A stretch of DNA of 64,000 nt from an uncultured Alphaproteobacteria bacterium (GCA_963706365.1 OY970150.1:1468265-1532264), one strand, 5' to 3'; shown: positions 31,277-42,512, counted from the stretch's first letter. Made by a program: numbers and translations. Notes: a model not told the origin generated them from the sequence alone.

Positions 31277-32566
31277 ATGATACCTCGTTACAGCCGCCCG
31301 GAAATGACTGCTATTTGGTCTGATCAAAATCGTTTCCAAATCTGGTTCGATATTGAGTTGGCTTCCTGTGAAAAAATGGCAGCTTTGGGCGTAATTCCTG
31401 AAAGTGTGCCAACAAGCATGCGTGAAAAGGGAAACTTTGATATTAACCGTATTCTAGAAATAGAGGCAGAGGTTAAACATGATGTCATTGCTTTTCTAAC
31501 CAATGTGGCTGAATACGTTGGTGAGGATGCACGTTTTATTCACCAGGGCTTAACGTCTTCTGATATTTTGGATACGGCATTATCTGTACAGATGGTACAA
31601 GCCGTTGATCTATTAATCGAAGGAGTGGTAAGGTTATTAGACGCCTTGAAAACACGTGCGCTGGAACATAAGTATACGCCAACAATTGGCCGCAGCCATG
31701 GCATTCATGCCGAGCCTACTACTTTTGGCCAAAAATTATTAGGATTTTATGCAGAGTTTGCCCGGAATCTTCAGCGTTTAAAACAAGTTAGAGAAGAAGT
31801 TGCAACCTGTGCTTTATCAGGGGCAGTGGGAACATTCGCAACTGTTGATCCATCTGTTGAAGTTTATGTGGCTGAAAAATTAGGTCTAAAGCCTGAGCCT
31901 GTCTCAACACAAGTGATTCCTCGTGATAGACATGCCATGTTTTTTGCAGTGCTAGGGGTGGTTGCTGGCGGAATCGAACGACTTTCTACGGAAATAAGAC
32001 ATTTACAACGTACGGAAGTACGGGAAGCGGAAGAATCTTTTGGTAAAAAGCAAAAAGGTTCTTCAGCGATGCCTCATAAAAAAAATCCTATCTTAACTGA
32101 AAATCTTACAGGGCTGGCAAGGGTGGTGCGCGCCGCTGTTAATCCGGCAATGGAAAATATTGCCCTATGGCATGAACGCGATATATCGCATTCATCTGTT
32201 GAGCGCGTCTTTGCACCAGATGCCACGATTACACTAGATTTTGCGCTACATCGCCTGGCTGGTGTTATAGAAAATTTGGTTGTCTTTCCAGAAACTATGC
32301 AGAAGCATCTGAATCATCTAAAGGGGTTGCCATTTTCACAAAAAGTTTTACTGGCCTTAACGCAAGCGGGGTGTAGCCGTGAAGATGCCTATCGTTTGGT
32401 GCAAAAAAATGCCATGAAAGTTTGGGACGAGAATGAACAGTTTGATGTGCTTTTATTGCAAGATACAGAAATAATGCAGCATATTACAGTAGAGCAAATA
32501 AAGGAAATCTTTGACCTGGCCGCTTATCAGAAAAATGTCGATTATGTTTTTAGCCGAGTTTTATAA
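31277..32566 (+). CDS. purB: adenylosuccinate lyase
   Basis: Fumarase/lyase signature SSAMPHKKNP. 429 aa. Confidence 0.9.
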   Translation: MIPRYSRPEMTAIWSDQNRFQIWFDIELASCEKMAALGVIPESVPTSMREKGNFDINRILEIEAEVKHDVIAFLTNVAEYVGEDARFIHQGLTSSDILDTALSVQMVQAVDLLIEGVVRLLDALKTRALEHKYTPTIGRSHGIHAEPTTFGQKLLGFYAEFARNLQRLKQVREEVATCALSGAVGTFATVDPSVEVYVAEKLGLKPEPVSTQVIPRDRHAMFFAVLGVVAGGIERLSTEIRHLQRTEVREAEESFGKKQKGSSAMPHKKNPILTENLTGLARVVRAAVNPAMENIALWHERDISHSSVERVFAPDATITLDFALHRLAGVIENLVVFPETMQKHLNHLKGLPFSQKVLLALTQAGCSREDAYRLVQKNAMKVWDENEQFDVLLLQDTEIMQHITVEQIKEIFDLAAYQKNVDYVFSRVL

Positions 32567-32688
32567 AGAAATCTAAACAGTATTCTCACTAGTTTTTTAT
32601 AAATTTGGATAGCAAGCTATATAGTAAAAATATAAGCCAATTCGTAATTTGTTTACATGGCAAGTAAGCCATAACAAAAGGTAAAAAA

Positions 32689-32787
32689 ATGACAACTCAA
32701 TCACCAAGCAAACAAAACGATAAAACTAAAAAACACGACGATAAAAAATCACCAGAAAAGAAACCTGGTAATTCTACAAAGAAGTAG
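32689..32787 (+). CDS. possible small basic protein (32 aa, Lys-rich)
   Basis: MTTQSPSKQNDKTKKHDDKKSPEKKPGNSTKK. Upstream is an RBS-like aaaggt, and a hairpin terminator follows. Confidence 0.25.
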   Translation: MTTQSPSKQNDKTKKHDDKKSPEKKPGNSTKK

Positions 32788-32806
32788 TTTTTAGAAAATA
32801 CAAGAA

Positions 32807-32832
32807 AAGGGCTGTTAATTCAGCCCTTTTTT
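32807..32832. terminator. bidirectional hairpin terminator between the small ORF and argG
   Basis: aagggctgttaattcagccctttttt. Confidence 0.6.
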
Positions 32833-34048
32833 ATGTTTTGAGTAAGCCTTTCGCAACGCCTCTCAACCGAAGACCTTGTAGCGTAATAAATCCGGCGGCA
32901 TCTTGCTGGTTATAGACTTCATCTTCTTCAAAAGTGGCCATATCCGCGCGATACAAAGAGTTAGTGGCTTTGCGGCCTTCAATAATAACATTGCCTTTGT
33001 AAAGTTTTAAGCGAACTGTGCCAGTCACATTTTGCTGACTGGCGTCAATAGCAGCCTGCAACATTTGGCGTTCAGGGGCAAACCAGAAACCATTATAAAC
33101 CATTTCAGCATATTTTGGCATCAACTCGTCTCGTGTATGCATGGCGCCGCGATCTAGTGTAATGCTTTCCAGGGCACGACGAGCCGCCAAAAGAATAGTA
33201 CCGCCCGGTGTTTCATAACAACCGCGCGATTTAATACCAACAAAGCGGTTTTCAACCATATCAACCCGACCAACGCCGTTTGCACCGCCTAGCGCATTTA
33301 ATTTGGCTAGCAAATGCGCTGGTGATAATTTCTCACCATTAATAGCCACAGGGTCACCTGCTTTAAAATCAATGGTAAGTTCCGTAGGTTTATCTGGTGC
33401 GTTTTCCGGTGAAACTGACCACAAAAACATTTCTTCTTCTGGTGATTGCCATGGGTCTTCTAAAGCTTTGCCTTCATAAGAAATATGCAGCAAATTGGCA
33501 TCCATGGAGTAGGGTGCTTCGCCACGCTTGCTGGCGGCAACTGGAATGTTGTTTTGCTCGGCATAGGCAATTAATTTATTACGAGAGTTTAAATCCCACT
33601 CCCGCCAAGGCGCAATAATTTTAATGTTGTCCGAGAGTGCTATGTAACCAAGCTCAAAACGCACTTGGTCGTTACCCTTGCCTGTTGCACCATGCGAAAC
33701 GGCATCTGCCCCCACTTTATTAGCAATTTCAATTTGCCGTTTGGCAATAAGGGGGCGCGCAATTGATGTACCTAGCAAATAAACGCCTTCATACAAAGGA
33801 TTGGCGCGGAACATCGGAAAAACATAGTCACGCACAAATTCTTCACGCAAGTCTTCAATAAAAATATTTTCGGGCTTAATACCCAAATCTAGGGCTTTCT
33901 GGCGTGCGGGTTCAATTTCTTCCCCCTGGCCAATATCGGCCGTAAAGGTAACAACTTCGGCGCTATATTCATCTTGCAACCATTTTACAATAACGGAGGT
34001 ATCCAAACCACCAGAATAGGCCAGAACAATTTTCTTAACATCAGACAT
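32831..34048 (-). CDS. argG: argininosuccinate synthase
   Basis: [11 protein letters not shown]-loop motif. 405 aa, type I. Confidence 0.95.
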   Translation of the reverse strand: MSDVKKIVLAYSGGLDTSVIVKWLQDEYSAEVVTFTADIGQGEEIEPARQKALDLGIKPENIFIEDLREEFVRDYVFPMFRANPLYEGVYLLGTSIARPLIAKRQIEIANKVGADAVSHGATGKGNDQVRFELGYIALSDNIKIIAPWREWDLNSRNKLIAYAEQNNIPVAASKRGEAPYSMDANLLHISYEGKALEDPWQSPEEEMFLWSVSPENAPDKPTELTIDFKAGDPVAINGEKLSPAHLLAKLNALGGANGVGRVDMVENRFVGIKSRGCYETPGGTILLAARRALESITLDRGAMHTRDELMPKYAEMVYNGFWFAPERQMLQAAIDASQQNVTGTVRLKLYKGNVIIEGRKATNSLYRADMATFEEDEVYNQQDAAGFITLQGLRLRGVAKGLLKT

Positions 34049-34141
34049 GCGCTGTATTTAGCGGTTTTAAAAACAACAATCTATGACAAATGTTTCATTG
34101 ATGCTTGCAGGGTATCTGAAAAACGTTACAACTTTAAGACA

Positions 34142-35308
34142 ATGCGTTCGCAAATGCTTTCTGCCTTTAAAAGTGCTTCCTTAGCCGCTGTCGTTGCCTT
34201 CTTACTGGCGCTTCCGTTGGTGGGTATTGTGCTGGGCAAAGAAATAATCACCTATCGTTGGCAATATGTATTATACGGTGTGGCGGGTATTTTTATAGCC
34301 CGCCTTTTGTTTGAGGGGGGTAAAATCAGGCCACGTCTTACCGTTATGTTGGCTGTGTTAGCGGCGGCAATTGCGCTACCTTTCGTTTTCGAAAGGGGTG
34401 TTATTGATCTGGCGACGATGGTTCTGATCTATATCGTATTGGCGTGGGGGCTGAATATTACAGTGGGGTATGCCGGGTTGCTTGATTTAGGCTATGTGGC
34501 GTTTTACGCGATTGGTGCCTATAGCTATGCCATTATTTCTACTAATACCGGTATAGGATTTTGGCCAATGTTACCGGTTTCTGCTGCTTTTGCGGCGCTG
34601 GCTGCGGGTATTGTCGGCATGCCTATTTTAAGATTGCGGGGCGATTACCTTGCCATTGTAACGTTGGCCTTTGCAGAAATTGTGCGAATTACCTTATTAA
34701 ATTGGTCAAGTCTTACGGGCGGGCCAAACGGTATTGGCGGTATTCCACGCCCAACCCTGTTGGGGCTGGAGTTTAAAGAGGGCGGTTTTAACAAGGCCGT
34801 GGGCATTGCCTATTCTACAGAACAGCGCCTGATCTTTATGTATTTAATTATGATAGGTTTGGCTGTATTTGTTTACTGGCTGAGCCGCCGATTGCGCGTG
34901 TTACCACTGGGGCGTGTTTGGGAAGCAATGCGGGAAGATGAGATCGCTTGTCGTTCGTTGGGTATCAACATCGCACGCGTTAAGCTTTCGGCCTATATGA
35001 TAGGCGCAGCGGTGGCTGGCATGGTTGGCTGCTTTTTTGCTGCAAAGCAAGGTTATATCAGCCCAAAAAGCTTTGAATTTATGGAAACAGCGATTATTTT
35101 AGCCATTGTTGTTCTGGGTGGTATGGGCAGTCAGGCAGGGATTATTGTTGCGGGTATCTTGCTGGTGCTGGTGCCAGAATTATCCCGCGCATTTGCTGAA
35201 TACCGCATGTTATTTTTTGGCGCAGTGATGGTGGCCGTGATGATCTTCCGACCTGGCGGTTTGGTTTCAACCAGGGAAACAACGATCAAGCTGGGAAATA
35301 GTACATGA
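34142..35308 (+). CDS. livM: branched-chain amino acid ABC transporter permease
   Basis: Start trimmed to MRSQML. Polytopic LivM-type permease. No livH or periplasmic binding-protein gene is adjacent. Confidence 0.8.
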   Translation: MRSQMLSAFKSASLAAVVAFLLALPLVGIVLGKEIITYRWQYVLYGVAGIFIARLLFEGGKIRPRLTVMLAVLAAAIALPFVFERGVIDLATMVLIYIVLAWGLNITVGYAGLLDLGYVAFYAIGAYSYAIISTNTGIGFWPMLPVSAAFAALAAGIVGMPILRLRGDYLAIVTLAFAEIVRITLLNWSSLTGGPNGIGGIPRPTLLGLEFKEGGFNKAVGIAYSTEQRLIFMYLIMIGLAVFVYWLSRRLRVLPLGRVWEAMREDEIACRSLGINIARVKLSAYMIGAAVAGMVGCFFAAKQGYISPKSFEFMETAIILAIVVLGGMGSQAGIIVAGILLVLVPELSRAFAEYRMLFFGAVMVAVMIFRPGGLVSTRETTIKLGNST

Positions 35309-36123
35309 TTTTTATCAAAGAGAAGCCGACAACCAGCTTGCTGGAGATCAAAAACCTAACAATGCGGTTTGGCGGTGTTACCGCTGTGGATGATGTTTCT
35401 TTTACGGCCAACGGCGGTGATATTACGGCCGTTATTGGCCCAAATGGTGCCGGAAAAACAACCTTGTTTAACTGTATCACCGGTTTTTATAAACCGACAG
35501 AAGGGCAAATGTTATTAAATTTGGATAAAACCAGATATTTGCATCAAATGAAAGGGCATCATATTGCTTCTGCAGGGGTGGCCAGAACATTCCAGAATAT
35601 TCGTTTGTTTCCCAAAATGACGGCATTAGAAAACTTGCTCGTGGCGCAACACAATGCCTTGATGAAGGCCAGCTTTTACAGTGTTGCCGGCGTATTAGGC
35701 TTACCACGTTATAAACAGGCTGAAAAAACAGCCATTGAACGCGCCAAGTATTGGCTGGAAAAAACTAACTTGTTATCTAAGGCCGATCATGCGGCAGGTG
35801 ATTTGCCTTATGGTGAGCAACGTCATCTGGAAATTGCCCGGGCGATGTGTATGCAGCCTAAAATGCTTTGTTTAGATGAACCTGCGGCAGGCCTAAACCC
35901 CAAAGAATCGTTTGAATTAAAAGAACTGATTAAAAAAATTCGGGATGAAGCAAAAATAGGGGTTTTACTCATCGAGCACGACATGGGCGTTGTGATGGGG
36001 ATTTCCGATAAAATCATTGTGCTGGAATATGGTCGTAAAATTGCGGATGGCAAACCAGAAGATATTCGTAATAATAAAAATGTGATTCGTGCCTATTTGG
36101 GGGAAGAAGATGATGCAGCTTAG
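35305..36123 (+). CDS. livG: branched-chain amino acid ABC transporter ATP-binding protein
   Basis: Walker [10 protein letters not shown], signature LPYGEQ, Walker B CLDEPAAG. Confidence 0.85.
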   Translation: MIFIKEKPTTSLLEIKNLTMRFGGVTAVDDVSFTANGGDITAVIGPNGAGKTTLFNCITGFYKPTEGQMLLNLDKTRYLHQMKGHHIASAGVARTFQNIRLFPKMTALENLLVAQHNALMKASFYSVAGVLGLPRYKQAEKTAIERAKYWLEKTNLLSKADHAAGDLPYGEQRHLEIARAMCMQPKMLCLDEPAAGLNPKESFELKELIKKIRDEAKIGVLLIEHDMGVVMGISDKIIVLEYGRKIADGKPEDIRNNKNVIRAYLGEEDDAA

Positions 36124-36223
36124 ATTAGGCATTAGGGATTGGCCATTGGGCAATAGGGTACTTTCTTGTTAATTCTATTGCCTAATGACTGTCGCGAGTT
36201 GCCTAAAACCAGAGGTTTTAAAG

Positions 36224-36925
36224 ATGCTTAACATCCAAAACCTTCATACCTGTTATGGCAGTGTGGAAGCCTTAAAAGGCGTGAACCTGCATGTGGATAA
36301 GGGCGAGATTGTTACGCTGGTTGGTGCCAACGGTGCGGGGAAAACCACGCTATTAATGACAATTTGTGGTGATCGTCAGCCATCGGCCGGGCAAATAGAA
36401 TTTATAGAACAGGATATAACTACCTGGCCATCGCATAAAACCATGTGCTCGGGCATGAGTATTTCCCCGGAAGGGCGCCGTGTGTTCCCGCGTATGACAG
36501 TAGTGGAAAATTTACAGCTGGGGTGCCTGGATAATCAATATTACAATGAGGATTTGGCGCGCTGCTATGATTTATTTCCCCGTTTGAAAGAGCGTGCACA
36601 CCAACGTGCCGGTACAATGTCGGGTGGTGAGCAGCAAATGCTGGCTATTTCGCGGGCATTAATGGCACGACCTAAATTATTGCTATTAGATGAACCTTCA
36701 CTGGGATTAGCGCCCCTAATCGTAAAGCAAATATTTGAAATTATTAAGGAAATAAATAGCCAGGGCGTGACGGTGTTACTAGTAGAACAAAACGCAGTGC
36801 AGGCCTTAAAAGTGGCACACCGTGGCTATGTTTTGGCCAATGGGCAAATTACCCTTTCAGGAAGCAGCAAAGAATTGCTGGCTAACCCCGAAGTTAAAGC
36901 AGCCTATTTAGAAGGAGCGCATTAG
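36224..36925 (+). CDS. livF: branched-chain amino acid ABC transporter ATP-binding protein
   Basis: GANGAGKTT, MSGGEQQ, LLLDEPS. Start at MLNIQNL. Confidence 0.85.
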   Translation: MLNIQNLHTCYGSVEALKGVNLHVDKGEIVTLVGANGAGKTTLLMTICGDRQPSAGQIEFIEQDITTWPSHKTMCSGMSISPEGRRVFPRMTVVENLQLGCLDNQYYNEDLARCYDLFPRLKERAHQRAGTMSGGEQQMLAISRALMARPKLLLLDEPSLGLAPLIVKQIFEIIKEINSQGVTVLLVEQNAVQALKVAHRGYVLANGQITLSGSSKELLANPEVKAAYLEGAH

Positions 36926-37008
36926 ATTATTAGGATAGCTACGAAATGTAATATATTGTACCCCGCACTTGTTGGGTATTGTTGCTTGGCTTATTCACTA
37001 GCTAAAAA

Positions 37009-37142
37009 CGACGTCATTCCAGCGCAGGCTGGAATCCATGCCACTTAATTTAAGGCTTTATGGTGGTTCAGGAACAACTTTGCACCAGCATATTGGTTTG
37101 ACTTTCCTAGGAATAGATTCCGGCCGCCGCTGGAATGACGGG
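37009..37142. repeat. inverted repeat cgacgtcattccagcg / cgctggaatgacgg, about 100 bp apart
   Basis: Perfect 13-14 bp arms at 37009-37024 and 37127-37142. The left arm also contains a short hairpin ccagcgcaggctgg. Confidence 0.4.
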
Positions 37143-37322
37143 TTGATAGAGTCGTGCAGCAACGCGCAACAAGTGTGGAGAATAGTTAAGCTGGCATAGT
37201 ATATGTTGATGGTTTAGTCTCATCATTCAAATAAAATCGGCAAAACCCTAATGAAATACTTAAATATTTACATAACAACAATTATTATGCTATTCTATTA
37301 ATGTGATTATAGTCACATAATT

Positions 37323-39485
37323 ATGCGCATAAACCGATATCTAAAAATTTTGCTGCTACTAACCTGCCTTTTGGTGGGTGATTCGGCATGGGCGCAATCT
37401 TGTTCCAATGGTAGTATTGATTCGTTAGATGAATTATTTGCAGGGGGTGTAAACTCAGCTGCAGCTATGGCAACCTGTGCCGCAGAAGGGAATTGCACGC
37501 CCTGCAATGGGGGTGCGGGTTGCTACTTTGGTTACAAACGTGGATCTAACTGGCAGGTTCATTCTGATAGGTTGGATAGCAACGGATATGCTAATATGGG
37601 ATATTGTAGCTTACAACGACGCAGTAACCCCAGCGGTACACCTCAAGGTGCTGATCAAATATGTTATGAAAATGCTGCACGACGTGTGAATAATATCAAG
37701 AGCGTCTTTCAAAGTAGGAATATTGACCCTGAGCAAAATGTAGGATGGGTTATGACGGCTGTAGACATGTTGAACCAATTTGGAGAGGGTAATAAAGGTT
37801 TATTAGAACAATATGCTGATTTATTAGTTATAGCGCAGGACAAAGGTTTGACAGGGCCTGATGCTGCATTATTTGCACGTTATAATTCATGTTATGAACC
37901 AAATTCTGGTAGATGGGCTTGTTCGGCATTTAATGAAACAACTGGTTGTACGAATCAAAATAAACATGTTAGTCAAATAGCAAGTGTTCTAAAATCTGTT
38001 TGTGCTGATTATGGTGGTGCTGGGGGTAGTGGAGGCACTGTAATAGACGCGCCAGAAACTGCAAATCCATGCCAGTTCCAACCAGTTTCTGGTGATTATA
38101 GCGGGTCGAATACCTATCAAGAACCAAAATATGAACCTGAAAAAATAGAATTCCTAACCTGCTGGTCATGCAATTTAATTGAAACAATTATGCTAACTGC
38201 TGGCACACTTGGCGAGCGTATATTTGATGCCCTGAAGGGAGGATTAAAAGATATTATTCTAATAGTCGCAACGATTATTATCCTGTTTAGTATTTTTAAA
38301 ATGTTACTGCCATTTGGCCCTTTAGAGCAAGGTCGCCAGATGTTAAACCGCATTGTTGCTGTCATCGGTGTCACAAGTATTTGTATGCTTTTGCTATCTT
38401 CAATGGATTTTTACTGGAAATATATTTACTGGCCGGTGCTAGACGGTGCAATGAAAGCGTCACAATTAATCATTTCTGAAAGTGATGATGCCAATATTGA
38501 TGATTATGATAAATCAAAATACGAATATAATGATCTTGATCCGACATCAGAAGAGATAAATAAGGCTATGGCCGCGCAAATGACAGATACTGTGCGCGAT
38601 ATTAACGAAGCCCTTAGTAAAGGCGCGGCTGTTGGTTGGGCGATGTTGTCTTCTATTTACAATTATAATTTTACCAACTGGGTTACGGGCATAGCAAATT
38701 TCTTTCGGGTATTATTACTGGTATTTAGTGCCGCAATTTTAATGGCGGTGTCCTTTTATGCCAGTTTTGTCTTTTTATATGTGGTTATTGATGTGGCTAT
38801 CCGTTGGACATTTATGAGTGTTTTGGCGCCATTTGCCATTGCCGCCTTTGCTTTTCCGCAAACGCGAGGCTTTGTAAGCTTTTTAGGGCGTGGATTAATG
38901 GAATCGGCCACTGCGCTTATTTTGGTAACTGCTGTTGCCGGGTTATCGATGCAAATGATTGAACAGGTGCGCATAGATCCGCGTAGTTATGATGATCAGG
39001 GGCAGGAAAAATCAAGCGAATACAGCCAATATAAAATGACCTCTTCTTCAGATGATGATAGTTTCAAGGAGTATATTAAAAAAATTCAGGAAGGTAAGGC
39101 GCTTTCCCCCACCATGAATACAACCGCTTTTTGGCACATGACAACCATGTTTATGATTGTGGGGGGATTAATGTTTAAAATGTCTGGTGTGGCCAGCTTC
39201 TTGGTTGGTTCTGCGGTTGGTGTTGGTGTTGCTGCCACAGCTGCGGCCTTCACGGGTGGTGCAACGGCGGTTGCCACGGCACCAATGAAGGGCGGCGATC
39301 AAATAAAAACAGCTTTGGATAACGTTGCCAAAGGGGAGATGTTAAGGCAACAACAGGAAAAAGATAAAGGGGGAGGGGATGATCAGAAAGATGATGCCCA
39401 GCAGAAAAATGATTCTGGAGGCGGAGAAGCCGCATCTGCGCCCGCTGAAGCCCCTGAACCTGCCTCTGTAGGTGCCGGTTCATGA
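37323..39485 (+). CDS. large secreted Cys-rich polytopic membrane protein, VirB6/TrbL-like (paralog 1)
   Basis: Signal peptide (...GDSAWAQ). About 250-aa Cys-rich N-terminal domain, at least 6 TM helices, the motif FKMLLPFGPLEQG after the first helix, and a Gly/Ala-rich C-terminus with an acidic low-complexity tail. ATGA overlap with the next gene. Confidence 0.4.
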   Translation: MRINRYLKILLLLTCLLVGDSAWAQSCSNGSIDSLDELFAGGVNSAAAMATCAAEGNCTPCNGGAGCYFGYKRGSNWQVHSDRLDSNGYANMGYCSLQRRSNPSGTPQGADQICYENAARRVNNIKSVFQSRNIDPEQNVGWVMTAVDMLNQFGEGNKGLLEQYADLLVIAQDKGLTGPDAALFARYNSCYEPNSGRWACSAFNETTGCTNQNKHVSQIASVLKSVCADYGGAGGSGGTVIDAPETANPCQFQPVSGDYSGSNTYQEPKYEPEKIEFLTCWSCNLIETIMLTAGTLGERIFDALKGGLKDIILIVATIIILFSIFKMLLPFGPLEQGRQMLNRIVAVIGVTSICMLLLSSMDFYWKYIYWPVLDGAMKASQLIISESDDANIDDYDKSKYEYNDLDPTSEEINKAMAAQMTDTVRDINEALSKGAAVGWAMLSSIYNYNFTNWVTGIANFFRVLLLVFSAAILMAVSFYASFVFLYVVIDVAIRWTFMSVLAPFAIAAFAFPQTRGFVSFLGRGLMESATALILVTAVAGLSMQMIEQVRIDPRSYDDQGQEKSSEYSQYKMTSSSDDDSFKEYIKKIQEGKALSPTMNTTAFWHMTTMFMIVGGLMFKMSGVASFLVGSAVGVGVAATAAAFTGGATAVATAPMKGGDQIKTALDNVAKGEMLRQQQEKDKGGGDDQKDDAQQKNDSGGGEAASAPAEAPEPASVGAGS

Positions 39486-41071
39486 GCCGCTTAATCTGTG
39501 CGTTTATTCTTATACTAGGGCTTTGGGTTCCTGCAATGCAGGCCGAAGCACAGAATAGTGGGCAGAATTGCCAAGTATTTAGAACTCCTGAACAAGTCGC
39601 GGCTTGTGAGGCGGGCAGAGCAAATCCAAATTCCCAGCCAACGCAAAATACGGATCCGCCTACAGATGAAAGCGATGTGCCGCAGTGTTTTACTGTTAAA
39701 GATAAGGTCAAGAGAGCTGCTTGTGAATCTGATCGAGAAAAAGCCCTTGCCCTGGTTGAGGCGTCAAAAAATGAATGTGTGGGATGTGCAGTCGCTGAGG
39801 CATTCTTAGTAGGTGCTATGAACCTAAGTGTGGGGATGAGCGATGCCCTAGGTGATACAATGATTCGATTGGCTATCGTTATTTTTATTGTTTGGTTAAT
39901 GTTTCAGGTGGCCAAAATGCTTTTACCTTTTGGCCCACTTGATAAAAGCCAGAAAACACTAAACTTAATTGCCACCAAGCTGGGTATTATGATGTTTATT
40001 GTTGTGGCCTTGCAAAGCTTGCCAGTTTACGAGCGTTTAATGTATGGTGTTATTGACGGCGTTATTGGTTTTAGCGGTGTTATTTTGGAAGCCACAGCAG
40101 ACTATAGTGGCCAGGTAACAGAAGCCGTTGTGGAAAGCGGTAAAGCCGATGGCACCATCGATAAAGATGTTACCTTTAATCGGGATACCGTGCAGGTGCG
40201 TAGCGGCAATGATGCTTTTACCGGCGCGGGTGCTATTGATGCCAATGCACCAACAGAAGCGCTGCGCCAAAACCTGATGGACAATCTTAATAACCAGATC
40301 AGTTTAGTACAACGAACCATTGAAGAACCCTTGTGTATCGGCATGCAGATTCTGGGTTTTGACGAAAGACAATGTTTTGCTGGCCGCACGGAAAGTGCGC
40401 GCACCGTGGGAGACTGGATAACGGCAACTCTTAAACAGGGCTGGAGAACATTACAGTCTATTGATAATGGCCTTAAATATTTAAGCCGATTAGAGCAGGA
40501 CAGAGATCAGGCTATTAATGAGTTTATGTTAAACTTGATTGCCGCCTTCATTTTAATTGCTGTTTATGGACTAATCTGGTTAAAGTACCCGCTGGCTTTG
40601 CTGGATGTTGTTTTAAGATGGGCGGTCATTTTAGTATTGTGGCCTGTAGTGGTTATTACGCTAGCGTTTCCACTGTTGCGCGGTACCACAGTTACCTTGT
40701 TAAAAGGCTTTGCGAACGCCTGTCTGGAATTGGTTTTTCAGGCCATTATTGTGGGTGTAGTTGTCTCGATCGTGCAACAAATTGTTGCAACAACGGATAT
40801 TAGAGATTTCGCGTTATTGGCATCAGCTGACTCTTCCATAAACTCCTATACCTTACAGCGCGGTACATACATTATGATCATTCTTTGTGGCTTTATGATG
40901 CTGCACCTAATGAAGCAAGCCCCACAATTTGCTGCCATCTTCATTAGCAGCACGATGGATACAAAAGTTGCTGCTGGAATCTGGAACCAGGTAACCACTT
41001 ATTTCTGGATTGCTGCTGATGCTGCAACCGGTGGGATGACACAGGCAAGGAAAGTTATTCCGATTAAATAA
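39482..41071 (+). CDS. secreted Cys-rich polytopic membrane protein, VirB6/TrbL-like (paralog 2)
   Basis: Signal peptide (...PAMQAEAQ). About 100-aa Cys-rich N-terminal domain, the same VAKMLLPFGPLDKS motif, and multiple TM helices. Confidence 0.4.
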   Translation: MSRLICAFILILGLWVPAMQAEAQNSGQNCQVFRTPEQVAACEAGRANPNSQPTQNTDPPTDESDVPQCFTVKDKVKRAACESDREKALALVEASKNECVGCAVAEAFLVGAMNLSVGMSDALGDTMIRLAIVIFIVWLMFQVAKMLLPFGPLDKSQKTLNLIATKLGIMMFIVVALQSLPVYERLMYGVIDGVIGFSGVILEATADYSGQVTEAVVESGKADGTIDKDVTFNRDTVQVRSGNDAFTGAGAIDANAPTEALRQNLMDNLNNQISLVQRTIEEPLCIGMQILGFDERQCFAGRTESARTVGDWITATLKQGWRTLQSIDNGLKYLSRLEQDRDQAINEFMLNLIAAFILIAVYGLIWLKYPLALLDVVLRWAVILVLWPVVVITLAFPLLRGTTVTLLKGFANACLELVFQAIIVGVVVSIVQQIVATTDIRDFALLASADSSINSYTLQRGTYIMIILCGFMMLHLMKQAPQFAAIFISSTMDTKVAAGIWNQVTTYFWIAADAATGGMTQARKVIPIK

Positions 41072-41117
41072 AGTTTGTAGAAAACAACGTAAAAGGTAGA
41101 AGCACTATACAATCGGC

Positions 41118-42512
41118 CTATGCAGCAGCGTTTTCTGTCATCAAAATAGATTTTACTTTTTCTCGGAATACATTGCCGCGATCTTCAAAGTTTTTGAATT
41201 GGTCAAAGGAAGCAGCAGCTGGGGAAAGAAGCACAACCGCATTGTCCTGGCCTTCCTGTTTGGCCATGTCATGTGCTTGTTGCGTGGCTAAGTCAAGGCT
41301 GCCGGAAAGGGTGTAATCTACTTGATGTCTTTTTAAAATAGCTGCAAAATCCTCGCCAGCATCGCCAATACAAAAAGCATGTTTAACGTTTTTTAGGTAG
41401 GGAATCAGCATATCCAGGTTTTTCTCTTTGGCCTTACCACCCAATATCCAGTAAATATGCTTGTAGCAAATAAGGGCTCGTGCTGTAGCATCTGCATTGG
41501 TTGCTTTGCTGTCGTTTACATAGCGAATACCCCGATGCACAGTAATCAACTCTTGTCGATGCGGTAAGCCGGGAAAACTGGTTATGGCTTTTGCAATGCT
41601 ACGAGTTTTTAGACCACAACTGCGTGCAATACTGTAAGCAATAGCGGCATTTTGCCAATTATGCATGCCAACCAGTTGAGGTAAAGGTTTAAGGTCTAAT
41701 ACCTCAAGCGGGCTTTCTTTGAAATAGCGATCAACAAGAATACCGTTCTGACAATAAATACCTTTTTTTAAGGTGTCTAAAACACTAACAGGAATAACCG
41801 GAGCCTCGCGGGGTAATATTTCTTCATAAATACGCCGGGTAATGGTGTCGTCAATACCGATAACCGCGGTTTGCGTTCCGGTTTGTCGATCAAAAATTTT
41901 TCGTTTGGCGGCAATATAATTTTCCATCGTTTTGTGGCGATCCAAATGATCGGCACTGATGTTAAGCATAGCGGCAACATCAAAAGTAATTTCATTTGAT
42001 AAATCAAGCTGATAGCTAGATGTTTCTAATACATAGGTTTGGCCTTCGGCCAAGGGTTCTAAAGATAAAGCGGCTTGGCCTAAATTGCCCCCAGCAACGG
42101 CATAATTACCCGTCTGATTGAGGATGTGAGCCACCAACGAGGTTGTGGTAGATTTACCGTTTGTGCCAGTAATGCCAACGTATTTAGCCTGTTTTTGATG
42201 CTGGAACAGCATATCCATATCACTGATAATAGGGCAGCGTGCTTTTCTGGCACCCTTGATAATCGGGTTGGGTTCAGGATGAAAGGGCACACCGGGGGAA
42301 ATAAACAAATAGTCCATCCCCGTCCAAAGCATATGGCCAGAGGGGCTGACAGCGAGACCTTCACGTACAGCATTTTCGCGGGTGGGTTCCAGATCATCCC
42401 AGGCAATAACTTTTGCCCCCGCAGCTTGCAGTGATTTAGCGGCTGCAATCCCCGATCTGCCTAACCCCAGGATAGCAACATTTTTGCCTTTATATTGATC
42501 AACTGATATCAT
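41118..42512 (-). CDS. murD: UDP-N-acetylmuramoylalanine--D-glutamate ligase
   Basis: GITGTNGKSTT. 464 aa. Confidence 0.9.
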   Translation of the reverse strand: MISVDQYKGKNVAILGLGRSGIAAAKSLQAAGAKVIAWDDLEPTRENAVREGLAVSPSGHMLWTGMDYLFISPGVPFHPEPNPIIKGARKARCPIISDMDMLFQHQKQAKYVGITGTNGKSTTTSLVAHILNQTGNYAVAGGNLGQAALSLEPLAEGQTYVLETSSYQLDLSNEITFDVAAMLNISADHLDRHKTMENYIAAKRKIFDRQTGTQTAVIGIDDTITRRIYEEILPREAPVIPVSVLDTLKKGIYCQNGILVDRYFKESPLEVLDLKPLPQLVGMHNWQNAAIAYSIARSCGLKTRSIAKAITSFPGLPHRQELITVHRGIRYVNDSKATNADATARALICYKHIYWILGGKAKEKNLDMLIPYLKNVKHAFCIGDAGEDFAAILKRHQVDYTLSGSLDLATQQAHDMAKQEGQDNAVVLLSPAAASFDQFKNFEDRGNVFREKVKSILMTENAAA

